From: Toensbergia leucococca
Taxonomy: Eukaryota
DNA length: 56,073 nt
Direction: 5' to 3'
Assembly: GCA_022813965.1 (NCBI GenBank)
Contig: JALDZS010000064.1
Span: forward strand, 62,001 to 118,073
Under the pieces are notes generated by a model. That model did no database searches. It had not been told where the DNA came from and saw only the letters and a program-made list of their open reading frames with translations. The translations under genes were made by a program, and so were the position numbers. How positions within the stretch are numbered: position 1 is the stretch's first letter; the number at the start of each line of letters is the position of its first letter. This document shows positions 12,036 through 23,847 of this stretch, one piece after another.

Positions 12036-13746
12036 GGTGGTTGAGATTGTTCAAAAGAGCGAGTGGGTCAGACGTTTGTGCCATAGCGGTCTTGTATGCC
12101 ATTGCTTTGTAACTTCTATTACATTGTTGTTTGAGTCGAGACAGGGGTTGACAGATGACGAATACGAGGCGCGATGCACACCTCCGCTATCAAAGTAATA
12201 CTCCATTGGGATAGCACCATACTGGTATTTCTCCATTTATACTTTGACTTATCGGCAGATCAAGGTAGCCTCTCGAACATTCCGAGTGGAGGCTACCTAG
12301 TTTTCCATGATAAGAAGCTACATTGAAGTACTTACGACCTACTAATAGTAATAGACTAGGGAAGATGCAATGCGGCTCACTGGTGCACTACCGGGACTGT
12401 TTTGTCTGAGATAAGCGGGACTTGGGCAATGATGATGTCCTAGTATTCCTAGTTAGGACATGGTCCATCAAGCCATGGCCCAGAATCTACAACGCTTGAC
12501 TGAGTATGGAACACTCTTACTTCCCGAGCTCCCGCGGCACCCAACATCCACGAGTAGTGAGCAGCACATTGGTGAGTATGGCCTGGATCACTAGCCAGTA
12601 CCACCGGCCGCCAGTGGATGATAGGCTCATCTCATACGATTGTGGAGGCGTGGGGTATGGGGAAAAGGTGTGTGACAAGGCGTTTGACGGGAAGTGGAAG
12701 CCAACCTCAGCTGCGGGGACACAAGCAGACAAGATCATTCAGCCAGCCGGGTTCGCTTCAGTGGCGACGGGGGATTGGGTGCGACAATACGGAGACTCCT
12801 CCACATCCCCCCCTCCACCCTCCACACCTGATAATCTGTAATCTGGGCGCCTCGATGAAAGCCGTTGCCTTGCAGCTTTGCAGCGCTTTCCACTTCACTC
12901 GGATCCTGGAAGTTAGTCTGCATTCCATGTTGGAACGATAAACGCTCAAATGGCCAATCGTTGATGCAATTTCGAAGGAGATGCTCGCTTCCCTCCCTCA
13001 TTCTGCTCATGTTTCATTTGCTCGCATAACATGACAACCTTGCTGCATTGCGATCAGCGCCGCGTTTCTACACGTTTTCGCAATCCCTCCACACATCGGA
13101 AGTCAATCCAGCTGGATTTGGAACACTCATTTGGTTGGCACAGAAAGACGAGAGTCATGTAAGTCCTACGGGGATTTTCACCCTTTCGGAACTCTTCTAC
13201 CAGGTTCTCTTGCCTGTGCAGGAATTTGCTGGTCAGTCCTCGAAGAACATGTTGATGAGCCATGCGCATCAAAGGTAACACCCGAGCTGTTGAGGACCAG
13301 CATCAAAGACACTACCCGAGCTGATGAGGAACAGGTCGCGATAAGACAAGCTTTCACACATGCATCTAGAGTCATAACAGCGAATGTGAGACCAGGATAG
13401 CCGTACATTCCACTCGCTGCGTGCCAGGTGGTATCTCGATGAAGGTATCAGGCCAAGTGGCTGTACTACTGCGTGGAACCACGACCCATTCCGGTAGTCA
13501 CCCGCTGGGCCCTGGTCGCAAACGCTTTAGCCTTGGCGTCAACGCATCTGACAACCTTAGCAAGTCGAGGATAGCGTCGACGCCACCAGAAAACTAAGCT
13601 TCATTCTCTTGTATAGGCTTGGCCCTGAGCATTTGGATGGCACCTTATTCTGACCCTTTAAACTTGTGGCTTCCTCACTCTCGCACAGCCCGTCCTGATC
13701 AATGCGGAGGGCCATCATAAAGGAAAAAGAATACATCCTCCTGGAC

Positions 13747-15072
13747 ATGTCCCAGGCAAATCCCAAAGCCGTTGCTCAGGCCTGCTCACACTGCCACGAA
13801 CGAAAGATCAAGTGTGTACCAACCAAAGACGGTGGATGCCAGTCCTGCAAGAAAGTCAACATTAGATGCCGTCTGCGTCACCCGAAAAAGCTGGGACGAC
13901 CCTATGGAGCTCCGCATTATTCATTTCCAGTCTGTTCGGACCACATCCCCAGTAACTGTAAGCAGCCGTCTAGGCAAGGACGTCGAACACCACCTGGTAA
14001 GTGGTGATGTTTCTCATCAAGTACTCCATCTTGGTGCACGGTAGCTCCCTGGTAAACAAGAATTCGTGGGCCTTTTAGAACCAGACCTAGGGACGGGATC
14101 AACCTTAACAACAGAGGCTAAGCATTAGATACATAACCTATAGACACTGCGACGTCCTACCCTCATACCTCGAGATCACAGCTATCGGAAGCAACGTACG
14201 TTGACGTGGAAGATCCGGCTTGTCTTTCCTTCCCTACTTTCACCTCACCAACCGTGGACATACCGCCTCTCCCAAAAGACTTTGGTATCATCAGCACCAA
14301 GCAACAAAATACCCTATCACAGCACACCATTATCGACCTTTCACGGACGAGTTCCTGCGTCGAGATTTCCGAAAAACCCGCTTTGCAGGATGAAGCACCA
14401 TACATATCAGATGCAGACATGTCCCCACTTTTCACCAGTCCGACCATGGATTTTGCCGGCCTATTCCCTGATACTCCTGTTGACGATAGTTTCCCTCTTG
14501 AAGACTCGAGTTCGGCGTTTGTTTCCCTCTTTAATTTATATCTAGAGACACATCGGGCATTGACGGAGATTCGGTCAGGAATACAAGAAGTCTCAATTGC
14601 CGATCTAAAAGATGGTCATGGCATGATAAGGACAGTCATCAGTATCAACGAGCTCGGAACTACTATGATTAACACTCACGCTTCGTCGACTTCACCGTGT
14701 ATGCTCTTCGCTTTTATAACAATACTCAAAAGCTGTGAGCTGGTCGAACAGATCTCGACAACGATCCTACCTTCCACTCGGCAACTTATTCGCTCGGATT
14801 CCACGGATTCCGTTACAACCGACTATATCTGGACGACATGTTCTCCGATGCTGAACGGTCATCCGGAGTTCTCCGCCGAACACATTACAGCATTGGTTCG
14901 ATTAGATATCCACCTCTCCCAGTCCAACCACCTTATATCCCTGTTTACCCAATTAACACAAGAGCAAGGACTTTCCGCAAATGTCTTGGCTATGCAGTGT
15001 CAGAAACGACTACTGCATCTTCATACTCAGATTAGATCAGTTGTAGATTCGATGATTCCAGCATGGGATTAA
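13747..15072 (+). CDS. Zn(II)2Cys6 binuclear-cluster transcription factor, probable pathway-specific regulator (intron 13997-14143)
   Basis: ACSHCHERKIKCVPTKDGGCQSCKKVNIRC followed by KKLGRP. The GTAAGT...TAG intron joins this in frame to the 14206-15072 ORF. Confidence 0.92.
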
Positions 15073-18000
15073 TGGGTTCTTGTCTGGACTTGTAAGCTTA
15101 TATATATTTACTCGGCGACTTTACCGGCGAACTTTCGGCGGTTAACCCCTCATATGTCCTTACATATGCATTGTTACAAAAGACAGCTGGCGGGGTATGT
15201 TGTTCATAGCGTCTAATGGTGGTGTGCCGCGCTTCAATTGGATCTTTTAGATTTATGATGGTTCCATTGCATATGCGTTCTTTACGGCTCATCCGCTGCA
15301 GAGACCAGTTCACGTTAGCACACATGTTTGTCCAAACCGATCCCATGGTAGACGCCTGCTTTAAGTTTTCACCAGAGCTCAGTTCCTTATGTTCCGTATC
15401 CACCGCGTCCTATTCATCACCCGATCCTTTGTACACGAGCATTTGTTGGAAAATTGATCTCACCTCCAAACCATAAGGGGGATTAATGAAGTCATAGGGG
15501 CAAGGGTTTTCATGTCCGAGCAGATCCCAAGGCTCTTCATACCTTAAGGTAGCAATCTAAGAGGGCTTTCCTACATTTGTGCTACACATCAACTGCGAGC
15601 AGAAAGCTTGCCTCATCGAAGGAAATCCTGACGAAGAAGAAGCTGGCCCAAGTACAGCGAGATGTTCTGTAAGCTATGAGTATGTCAATCCCAATTTCAA
15701 CAAAATATAGGCTTCGAAAGGTGGTAGTAGGTCTATTCTATTCCGTACTGGAGCGATACTCCGAAGCAGCCATCCAAGAACAATGGTTTAGCCGTAAATT
15801 CCGAAGCTTTACTGGATATGATATGGTTTCGGAAAGGGGTGAGGATCAGCACGGTGCATACTGCACAACGAGGTGGCCATTCTATATGAAAAATTATGCA
15901 CGTGTTCGAGACCCGCTCCAATCCGCTTATGTCTTCGATAGAAGAACCAGCATTATCTGACGATATCAAGATATACGGTCTGCGCTGCTCTACCAAGACA
16001 AGAAGGCCATGTATAGGATGAACCAACGTTCCAAAGCTCAAAGAGCCCCAGCAGTCGTAGCTGGAAGTCGAACCCCTATGGGGCCAGGTGCTAGGTAGGC
16101 AGATCTACGATTCGAGCAGGACTGCATTACAAACTACCAACGATCGATGCTTTGTTATCCTTCTGTTGACTTTCATCTAAGACTTTGGACGTCTAGACGT
16201 CTGCGCCGGTTATATGGGGCACTTTCGAAGTCTGCATTCCTAGGGCATGGTACCTGCTTCGCTGGAGGTGGCTCCTTTCGACGCAAATCAGAGATTAGGT
16301 TAAGCCGCGGCGCAAGTCAAGAAAGCTTCCTTCACTCCTAGGTGGAGTCAGTTGTATTTGCAGAGAGTACAGGACGGATCAGATGTGTGAATGTTTGGCA
16401 ATGACTGAAGATGTGAGAGTGCATGAATGTTGAAAAGAATCGATTCAGAGTTGAAGCTGAAAAGCAAAGCATGAAAACCTCGGAAAACCCCCCATAAACT
16501 CGAATAGCCCAATCCAAACTCTCCGCCACCTCCTCCCATTCTCGAAGTTTAATTTCGCTAAATTTCAATCCATCCCTTTTCAATCCCGTCGCCACAGCCG
16601 AGACGACTCTCTTTCTCTTCAGACACATCATCGCTAAGCACGTTCAGATGTATACGAGCCCCTTTCTAGTCCTCAAATCACGCTCCATGTTTGACGCCTT
16701 TACTCCGCTCGCAGTCTAGCGTTGCCGTTCATTATCTGCTGTTCATTATGGTTGAAGGCTTCTTCATGCGAAGCAACAGGGTTGACGTCAAAACATGCAC
16801 AAAGCGTGATACTTGTGTCATCTCTTTTTGGACAACCCTACTGTACCTTGATTATGCAGAACCATCTTCTGGTCTTCTCTACCGCCATTTTTGCGCCCCC
16901 AATGAACTGGCCCTGGCATATCAGTTCTAACGTCGTCAATTCTCTGTTGACTAACTTACTGGCAAGCCCCATCTCACGGTAAATTCGTCTGATTAGCTGC
17001 GCATGAAGCGCCGGCTATGACCAACTCTTGAATGAGTGTCGAGTCATGAGTGTAGCTGATATTCTGGTTACTCTCGTAAATCAAGATCTTGTTGGACTGT
17101 GGAGCTAAGCCTTTCTACTGGTTGTCTTGTTCGTTCTCCTCGTCACGCTGTGTAAAGTGGCATGGGACAAGATGCCAGCAAATACACCTCACATCCAACA
17201 GTCAATTTTAACACTCTCTCCCTATCTTCGCCTCGCCAATTTCAGTCTTTTGGCTCTCGGGTTAGTGGGATGATCAGATCGACCCGAGTCCATCCCGAGT
17301 CGTCCGTTTTACAGCACCATTCTCTTCCCGTTAAACCTCAGGCAAATGATCCTGAGAACGGTAATTCAGGCGGAATACACCCGTTACGTTGAAATCATCT
17401 CAATTCCGATATTTCTCCCACTCGCACTTTTGCATGCCATCTACCTTCTCTAATTCATGCCATATATCATCTCTGTTACAGTAGGAAAACATTATATTCA
17501 GCATCATGAATTGCACCTCATTTCCCGGGCGCAATAGCACAATCCGAAAGCCTGAGAACCGGACCACCATCCATCTGAATGATGATATCCTCCTCTCATC
17601 TATCGCATCATAGCTATCCTTTATCATCAAGACCGATGAATCCCAAGACTTCTTGGTTTGAGCTGTAATTACCACATATCCTCCTACTTCTACATGTTTC
17701 TGACCAGCAAATTTGAGGGCGGCAAAGGCGGGTTTACTTACAGCTCTCCCTCTGGCGGAGGAGTAAAAGGCAAGGTAGCGAGGATTGAAGGTGTATCAGA
17801 TTGCGAAAAACATCGCCTTTCCCTAACGCCCGGGGCCCGCCCTAATCAGGTATATATATATTGGGATTGGGGGGGGTGTCGAAGTATCAAAATCGGGGTG
17901 GAGGAATTACATAGGAGCCTTATTATAAAGACCTGTTCTGCTATTAGAATAGGATTCAGATAACACGCGCGGCTAAAGATGGGGATAGATAACCGCAACG

Positions 18001-18175
18001 AAGCGCTTCTTTGAGGCTCGGTTCAGAAGAAGAAGGGTTGGCTGCTAAACCTTATCTTTGATGGAGTTTGACGGGAAGATTATGGCGGGTTGTGCACATC
18101 TAGCGGATGGAACCCGTGGTCTAGGTTGGTAGGGAGGCGTAGGTTATCCGTACCATTACACATTTATCGCTCTTA

Positions 18176-18653
18176 GTGTGTGCACAAAGGTAGCGAAAAT
18201 TTCGTTATTGGAATCACCCGCACACACACCACCAAATTAGTAGTGAATCCTCTTCACCATCACCACCACAACTAGGTATGACTTGAGGCTTCTGTATAGT
18301 TCAATTGACTGAAATCTTGGTTTTTAGGTCAGTATAGTTCGCAATGCCTCTGAATTAACGCAGCCAGGGACCTCCTCCACCTCATCAATTCACGTGTGTA
18401 CAAAGGTAGCGAAAACTCAGCTAGTGAGTTAGTAGTGTAAAATCAAATCCTCTTCACCACCACCACCACTAGGTATGACTTGAGGCTTCTGTACTGAACT
18501 AAACATCAAGAAGTTAGTCAATTGACCTAAACAGAAGTCTTAAGTCATACCTAGTGGTGGTGGTGGTGGTGGTGAAGAGGATTCACTATTAATTTGGTGG
18601 TGTGTGTGCGGGGGATTCCAATAGCGAAATTTTCGCTACCTTTGTGCACACGC
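18176..18653. mobile_element. Non-autonomous foldback/MITE-like DNA transposon with long terminal inverted repeats and TA flanks
   Basis: 18176-~18310 (gtgtgtgcacaaaggtagcgaaaatttcgttattggaatc...actaggtatgacttgaggcttctgt) is the near-exact reverse complement of ~18515-18653. TA is present at 18174-18175 and 18654-18655, and a partial third copy lies at ~18392-18493. No ORF. Confidence 0.85.
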
Positions 18654-19349
18654 TAATCCCTCGTTGTTCCTCACTAGTAGAACATATTGAAATCAAAGAC
18701 TTTTTTTCAACTCATACCCATCAACCAACCGTAATCCCCCCCCCCAAAAAATAAGAATAATACATTCACTACTCACCATCATCATTCTCCTCCCTGAAAA
18801 AATCACCTTCACTCTCACTACGGTACACTACCTGATTCTGCAACCCCCTATAAAACTTATTATTCACAAAAACAAAAAAAAGGAATTTTGAAAAAAAAAA
18901 AACAAGTTGTCTGCTTTGAGATATGATGAGGGGTTTTGAACTATAAGGATTGTTGATTAAGTGTTTGATTAATTGATTTTTTGAGTTGAGAGGGGAAGGG
19001 TTTTAGTGCAGGGGTGATGAGTGATGGATGGGTGGTGGATGGGTGCTGGTATGGATGGTGCGCGTTGTTGAGAATGTTTGCTGAGTGAATGAGGGAGGGG
19101 GTGAGTTGATGTGGTATTTGCTCAAATATATAGATAGTAGATAGAGCGACAGGCTAAGCTCTCAGAATGAAGATAGAACCGAGTCGTTACAAATTCCGAA
19201 CATGAAACAGGCACCTAACACATTCCGTCAAGGATAAAGCCCGCAGCGTCAAAGCTAGCACAATCCTACTACCCGGCTCAAACATTAAAATTCCCCCGTC
19301 GACGGACTTTTTACTTCTAATATCCCCCCCAACATCTACCTAGAACAGA

Positions 19350-22300
19350 CTACGCTACATTTTCAAAATAAAAGCTTGGATTTCCCGGCACTGCGGAATC
19401 CGCAACCGGTGGCAAAGGCTCTCTCTTCGCCTGCCCTTCCAGAATCAACCTTCCGGACTTGCCGCCCTCGTCCACAGCAACGATATCCACGCTGTGACAT
19501 CCCGTCGTTCGCTTCAGTCCCGCTGCCATCTCCTTTAACGTTTGAAGTTCATCGAACGCTAGCTTGCGATCAAACACCGTCTGGGCATCCTCCCCGCCCA
19601 TCAATCTCTTCTTCAGACCTTGGACAAAGGGCATTGCTTTCTTCATCTCGCCCATCTTGGCGATCTTGGGGTTCAGGTCCTTATCATCGAGAGTCGTGCC
19701 ATCGAAGGCGTCGCGGACTAGATCAATGTACTTTTCTTGCCATGCGGGATACTTCGCAGCCGCGAAAATGCTCAGTTTCTTGGGGAGTTTGGGGTCAAAG
19801 GCTATATTTTTGCCTTTGTCCTTCTTCTTCTGTTGGGCTGCTTCGGCTGAAGTAATGTTGGAAGATGTGGACCGGACGTATTCCCTAGCTGCCGAGAGCG
19901 CAGTCTTGGCACCGGGTACAGTAGGCCAGACTTCGTTCTGGATGGTTGAAGGCTTGCCTAGGACTTCTTGCCAGATGTAGTCCGCCCAGTGAGGTGCAAT
20001 AGGGGTAAGGAGTAATGCTTGAAGCTCCAGGTATCGTATGACAAGATCGTGATGCATACCAATCCCCGCGGCGCTAGTAGCTTCTCTATAGAAGTCACGA
20101 GAGCTGGTGAAGTCATATAATGCCGATTTGAGCGCGAGTTTGTAATCCGTATCTTCGTAATGCTTTTTGGCTTCGTGCACGAGAACATTCATTTCATTCT
20201 CGAAAAGGTCATCCCAGAAAGTATCAGCTTTGCCTTTCCGCAACGCTTCATCTTTGACCACTTCTTCAGACCATTCCTTGAGTGTGAATAAGCGTAATAT
20301 ACTACTATTTGCCACGGATTCTTCAAAATTTGCATCTTCCACACCATCGCCAGCGTCTGCAAGTGCTATTCGGCTTGCGTCTGCCCCGTACTTCTTGACA
20401 GCGTCGTTCAAAGTTAGGAAGTTGCCGGTGCTCTTGCTCATCTTCTCTCCGTTGAGTAGCAAGTGGCCATTAGCTCGAACTCCCTTGGGCCAGTATTCCC
20501 GAGGGAATAGCGCCACATGAATATAAAGGAAGAACGTCAGATGGTTAGGAATGAGGTCCTTCCCAGAAACGCTCATGTCAAGAGGGTACCAATATTCAAA
20601 CTCACGCCTCATACTCTCCAGGTCAGCTTTCTTGATACCACTTTGTCGAAGCAAGTCGTCATCTATTTCTCGTCTGCAGAATACATAGTCCCAAACTTCA
20701 TCAATCATCTGATCAGCTTTGATGTCAAAAAGCCCCGGCTGACTACCAAAAATATCGCTGTGCAGGAAGTGTGCGATTGTGTAATAGGCCATGTAGATGG
20801 TGCTGTCGCTAAGACTCTCAACAAGAAATTTGGGATCCCATGGGAGTTTCGATCCAAGACCATAAGTCCTCGCGCAGGCCCATCGGTTCAACCACTCGAG
20901 ATTTTTCTCGAATTGATTCTTAGTCTCCATGGCATATGATTTCATATCACTTCCGACATAGTCTAGTACCTGTTGTCGCCATTCTGGGTCGTTTTCCCCG
21001 TAGTTTAAGAACCATTGGCCTAGGTACGCCACTACACAGTCGTCGCCGCTGCGGCTAACGACATGTCCGTTCGGTTCCGCGTACTCAAAAGCCTCACCAC
21101 TTTTGATGAGAGCCTCCTTGACCTTTGGTTTGGCAGCCTCAACCTTTTCACCTTTGAAATCACCCATTAGCATTATCCCCTTGTAATAACCCTCTTTGTA
21201 GGCTAAATCCTTGGCTTCTGCGAGTTGCTTCGCGTCTTTGGGTGAATTGATTTTCATGTTCTCTACCAGAAACTTGGCTGTCAAGTTACCATATGCAGGA
21301 GTCTGGATAATTTCAGGGATCTCAAGCTCCGCCCATTCTTTCTCTATATTGTAATACTCCGCCTTCTTTGCAAGATCTCTGACGGTTGCGTAATCGTCTG
21401 GGCTGTCAGATGGGACCGATGTCACGACACCTGTACCTTTCGTTGGAAGAACAGAGTCCATGGGAAGAATACGGACCCCTTGAGTATGGATCGACAAAGG
21501 AGCTGTCACCAGTGTGCCGACCACCGATGAACCCGATACGTCTACAACAGCGGAGAGCTCTTTCGCATTTCTTGGGAAACTATCGCTCTTGAAAAACGTG
21601 CCTTGAAATGCCATGTTCCAGGCTGCACGTTTCGTGACCACATAATACTCGTTTTCTGATACCTTGAAGATGCCATACATGATCTTCGGCCCAACAAAAC
21701 AGCACGTCTGTCCGTACATTGTTTCCGGCCGAAGGGTTGCAGGGACAAAGTAGACATTTGCTCTCTCCGGAATTTTCCCACGTATCAGCTCTGCCGCTTT
21801 CGGTGCCCATTTTTTGACTCTGAGCTTCAAAGCAGTGTAGTCCTGGGGCGCAACACCTTCTCCCTCTGTTCTGTCATGGTCCATACACGGTTGCCCGTCT
21901 TTCGGAGAGTAAACGGTATACCTGATTCCATATTGTATTTTATCCAATTCCTTCAGACGATGCATCTGCCACCGAACAAATGCATCATAGTAAGGATTGG
22001 CATCAGTTGTGACAAAAGAGCGCCGCCAATCTATGCGCGCTCCAATATCATTCAAGTCTTGCTTCAACAAGGGAGGAAAGAACTGCAGCCAATGTGCGGT
22101 ATCTGCGAACTTATAAATCTCTTCTCGTGGAATTCCCAGGGCTAGCATAATCTGGAATTGATACTTCAGCTTGACAGTCTTAGCAGCAGCTTTGCTCTTG
22201 CTGGAGGTGAACTTTGTGATGTCATCTTTCGTCTGTGCTTGGGTGGGTGCCGCGGGTGATCCGCCATGCCTATCATGAGAAGGTTCTTCTTCTACATAAT

Positions 22301-22797
22301 GCTCAAAATTCTTCCCAAACTTGCGGACGTCCTCTGCAAGCTTGTCGGCACATGCCTTGATTGGCATGCCTGTTAAATGGAAACCCAATGGAAAGAGAAC
22401 TCGTTTGCCTTGCATCCTGGAGAAGCCGGCGGTGAACTCAACTTTACTAACGGTGAAGCTATGCCCAACATGTAAAGTTCCGTTCGTGTATGGGTAAGCG
22501 AAAATTCCAAAATACTTAGGATACTTTTGACGCAGCTCATCCGGAGTGATAGACCCAATAGGAACTTCAGAAGCTGAGGGCGCCGTGGCCTGGAAAATTT
22601 TAGATTTTTGCCATTTTGCTTGATACCTCTTTTCTATAGCGATGAGAGTATCCCGCTTCTCAGTCTACATAGAGCGCCCTTAGTAACGAATGAACGACCA
22701 GATTAGAATTTCAGATACTTACATTCTCTAGTTTTAGAGTATTCTTAGAGCCGTTCCCTGGATCTATGGCATCATGATTTGCAGTGTTCGTTGCCAT
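19350..22797 (-). CDS. CDC60: Cytosolic leucyl-tRNA synthetase (class I), one intron near the 5' end (~22666-22722)
   Basis: MATNTANHDAID...KLEN-TEKRDTLIAIEK. HIGH-like HVGH, KMSKS in EKMSKSTGNF, editing-domain ATLRPETMYGQT and GTGVVTSVPSDSPDD, and SLSDSTIYMAYYT. Confidence 0.97.
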
Positions 22798-23348
22798 AGC
22801 TATTGAATGCTAATTGGGGCTGCTGAGTCTCGCCAAGGCTATCGAGCTGTCAAACTCAACTGTGTGCGAAGCTGAGAAAGATTCAGTTGGGGGAGATGGA
22901 TGAAGGAATGATAGAAGAAGAATCGAGAAGCAATGTCGGATCTTAAAGTACTAAGAAAGGCGCTGGAAAAAGGAGCTGATAGTGCTACTCAAAATAACGA
23001 CGAAGACAGAAGGAGGCGCGAAGGTCATACGGGCTGGAAGAGAAGAGGGGAGTAGAATAAATAATGATAATGACTATGCCTGGGTAAAGGGCTTGTCAAG
23101 TCATTCTTGGTGTTTTTCTTTTCATGAGTATTGTCGTGAAGTGGAGCAGAGAAGAAAGAGTAGCTACAGATGAATTTAGGATGCGTTTAAATAGATAGAC
23201 GAATGAAGACTCACCACCTCTACCTTTGAATGAGTCAAGCCAAAATTTTACGCACACTCACTTTCGCATTTACAGATAATCCGCATCCGTCCGTCACAAC
23301 TACACTCTGACTCCAACAGACTGTACACATATTGCGATTACGTCGACG

Positions 23349-23847
23349 ATGTTTCAAGCTTCGTATCTTCGCGCATCAGAGGCATCTGAAATCCCTACCA
23401 AACTCCCTATAAATCCCTACAAAGCCCAGCGATCATGGCCTCCAGACTTTGACAAATTACATCCAAAATATCAGTTTCGGTTAGAACGCAAGTACCGCCG
23501 AAGGTCCAAATTAAAGTGGGCACGTCCGAGGTGGATCAAAGCTGTGAAGATAGCACAATGGGGGACCATAGCTGGTAAGTGCAAAATTGGCTGGACTTGA
23601 AGACGCCCACCAATCATGACTTCTCAACAGCCGTCTTGGGATATGGAGTGCTCTACATGGATTGGGGTAGAGAAGAAACACCTTTCCAAGGCGTGAGTAC
23701 TTGGCTTCTGAATTATGCTAGGATAGTAGGCTAATACATAGACAGATCCGTACATGGTTTCACAAACAGACAAATTCAATCTGGACTGAGCCCATGACCC
23801 CACCACCAAAGCCCGGGATTGGAAATACAAAGACCAATACCACATAG
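23349..23847 (+). CDS. Small fungal hypothetical protein with a basic region and one hydrophobic segment (3 exons)
   Basis: NPYKAQRSWPPDFDKLHPKYQFRLERKYRRRSKLKWARPRW...GTIA-AVLGYGVLYMDW...FQG-IRTWFHKQTNSIW...stop. Two canonical introns keep the frame. Divergent from LeuRS. Confidence 0.75.

Noticed and set aside
12506..13408. Short ORFs between the MFS and TF genes as an extra cluster gene
   Set aside because: No recognisable motif; overlapping short frames on both strands are consistent with a divergent promoter region.
16050..16140. GGTTCGACT T-loop-like string on the minus strand suggesting a tRNA
   Set aside because: No acceptor stem, D arm or anticodon arm could be paired.
18176..18653. 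Repeated units as a CRISPR-like array
   Set aside because: Eukaryotic context; the repeats are inverted arms with no regular repeat-spacer structure.
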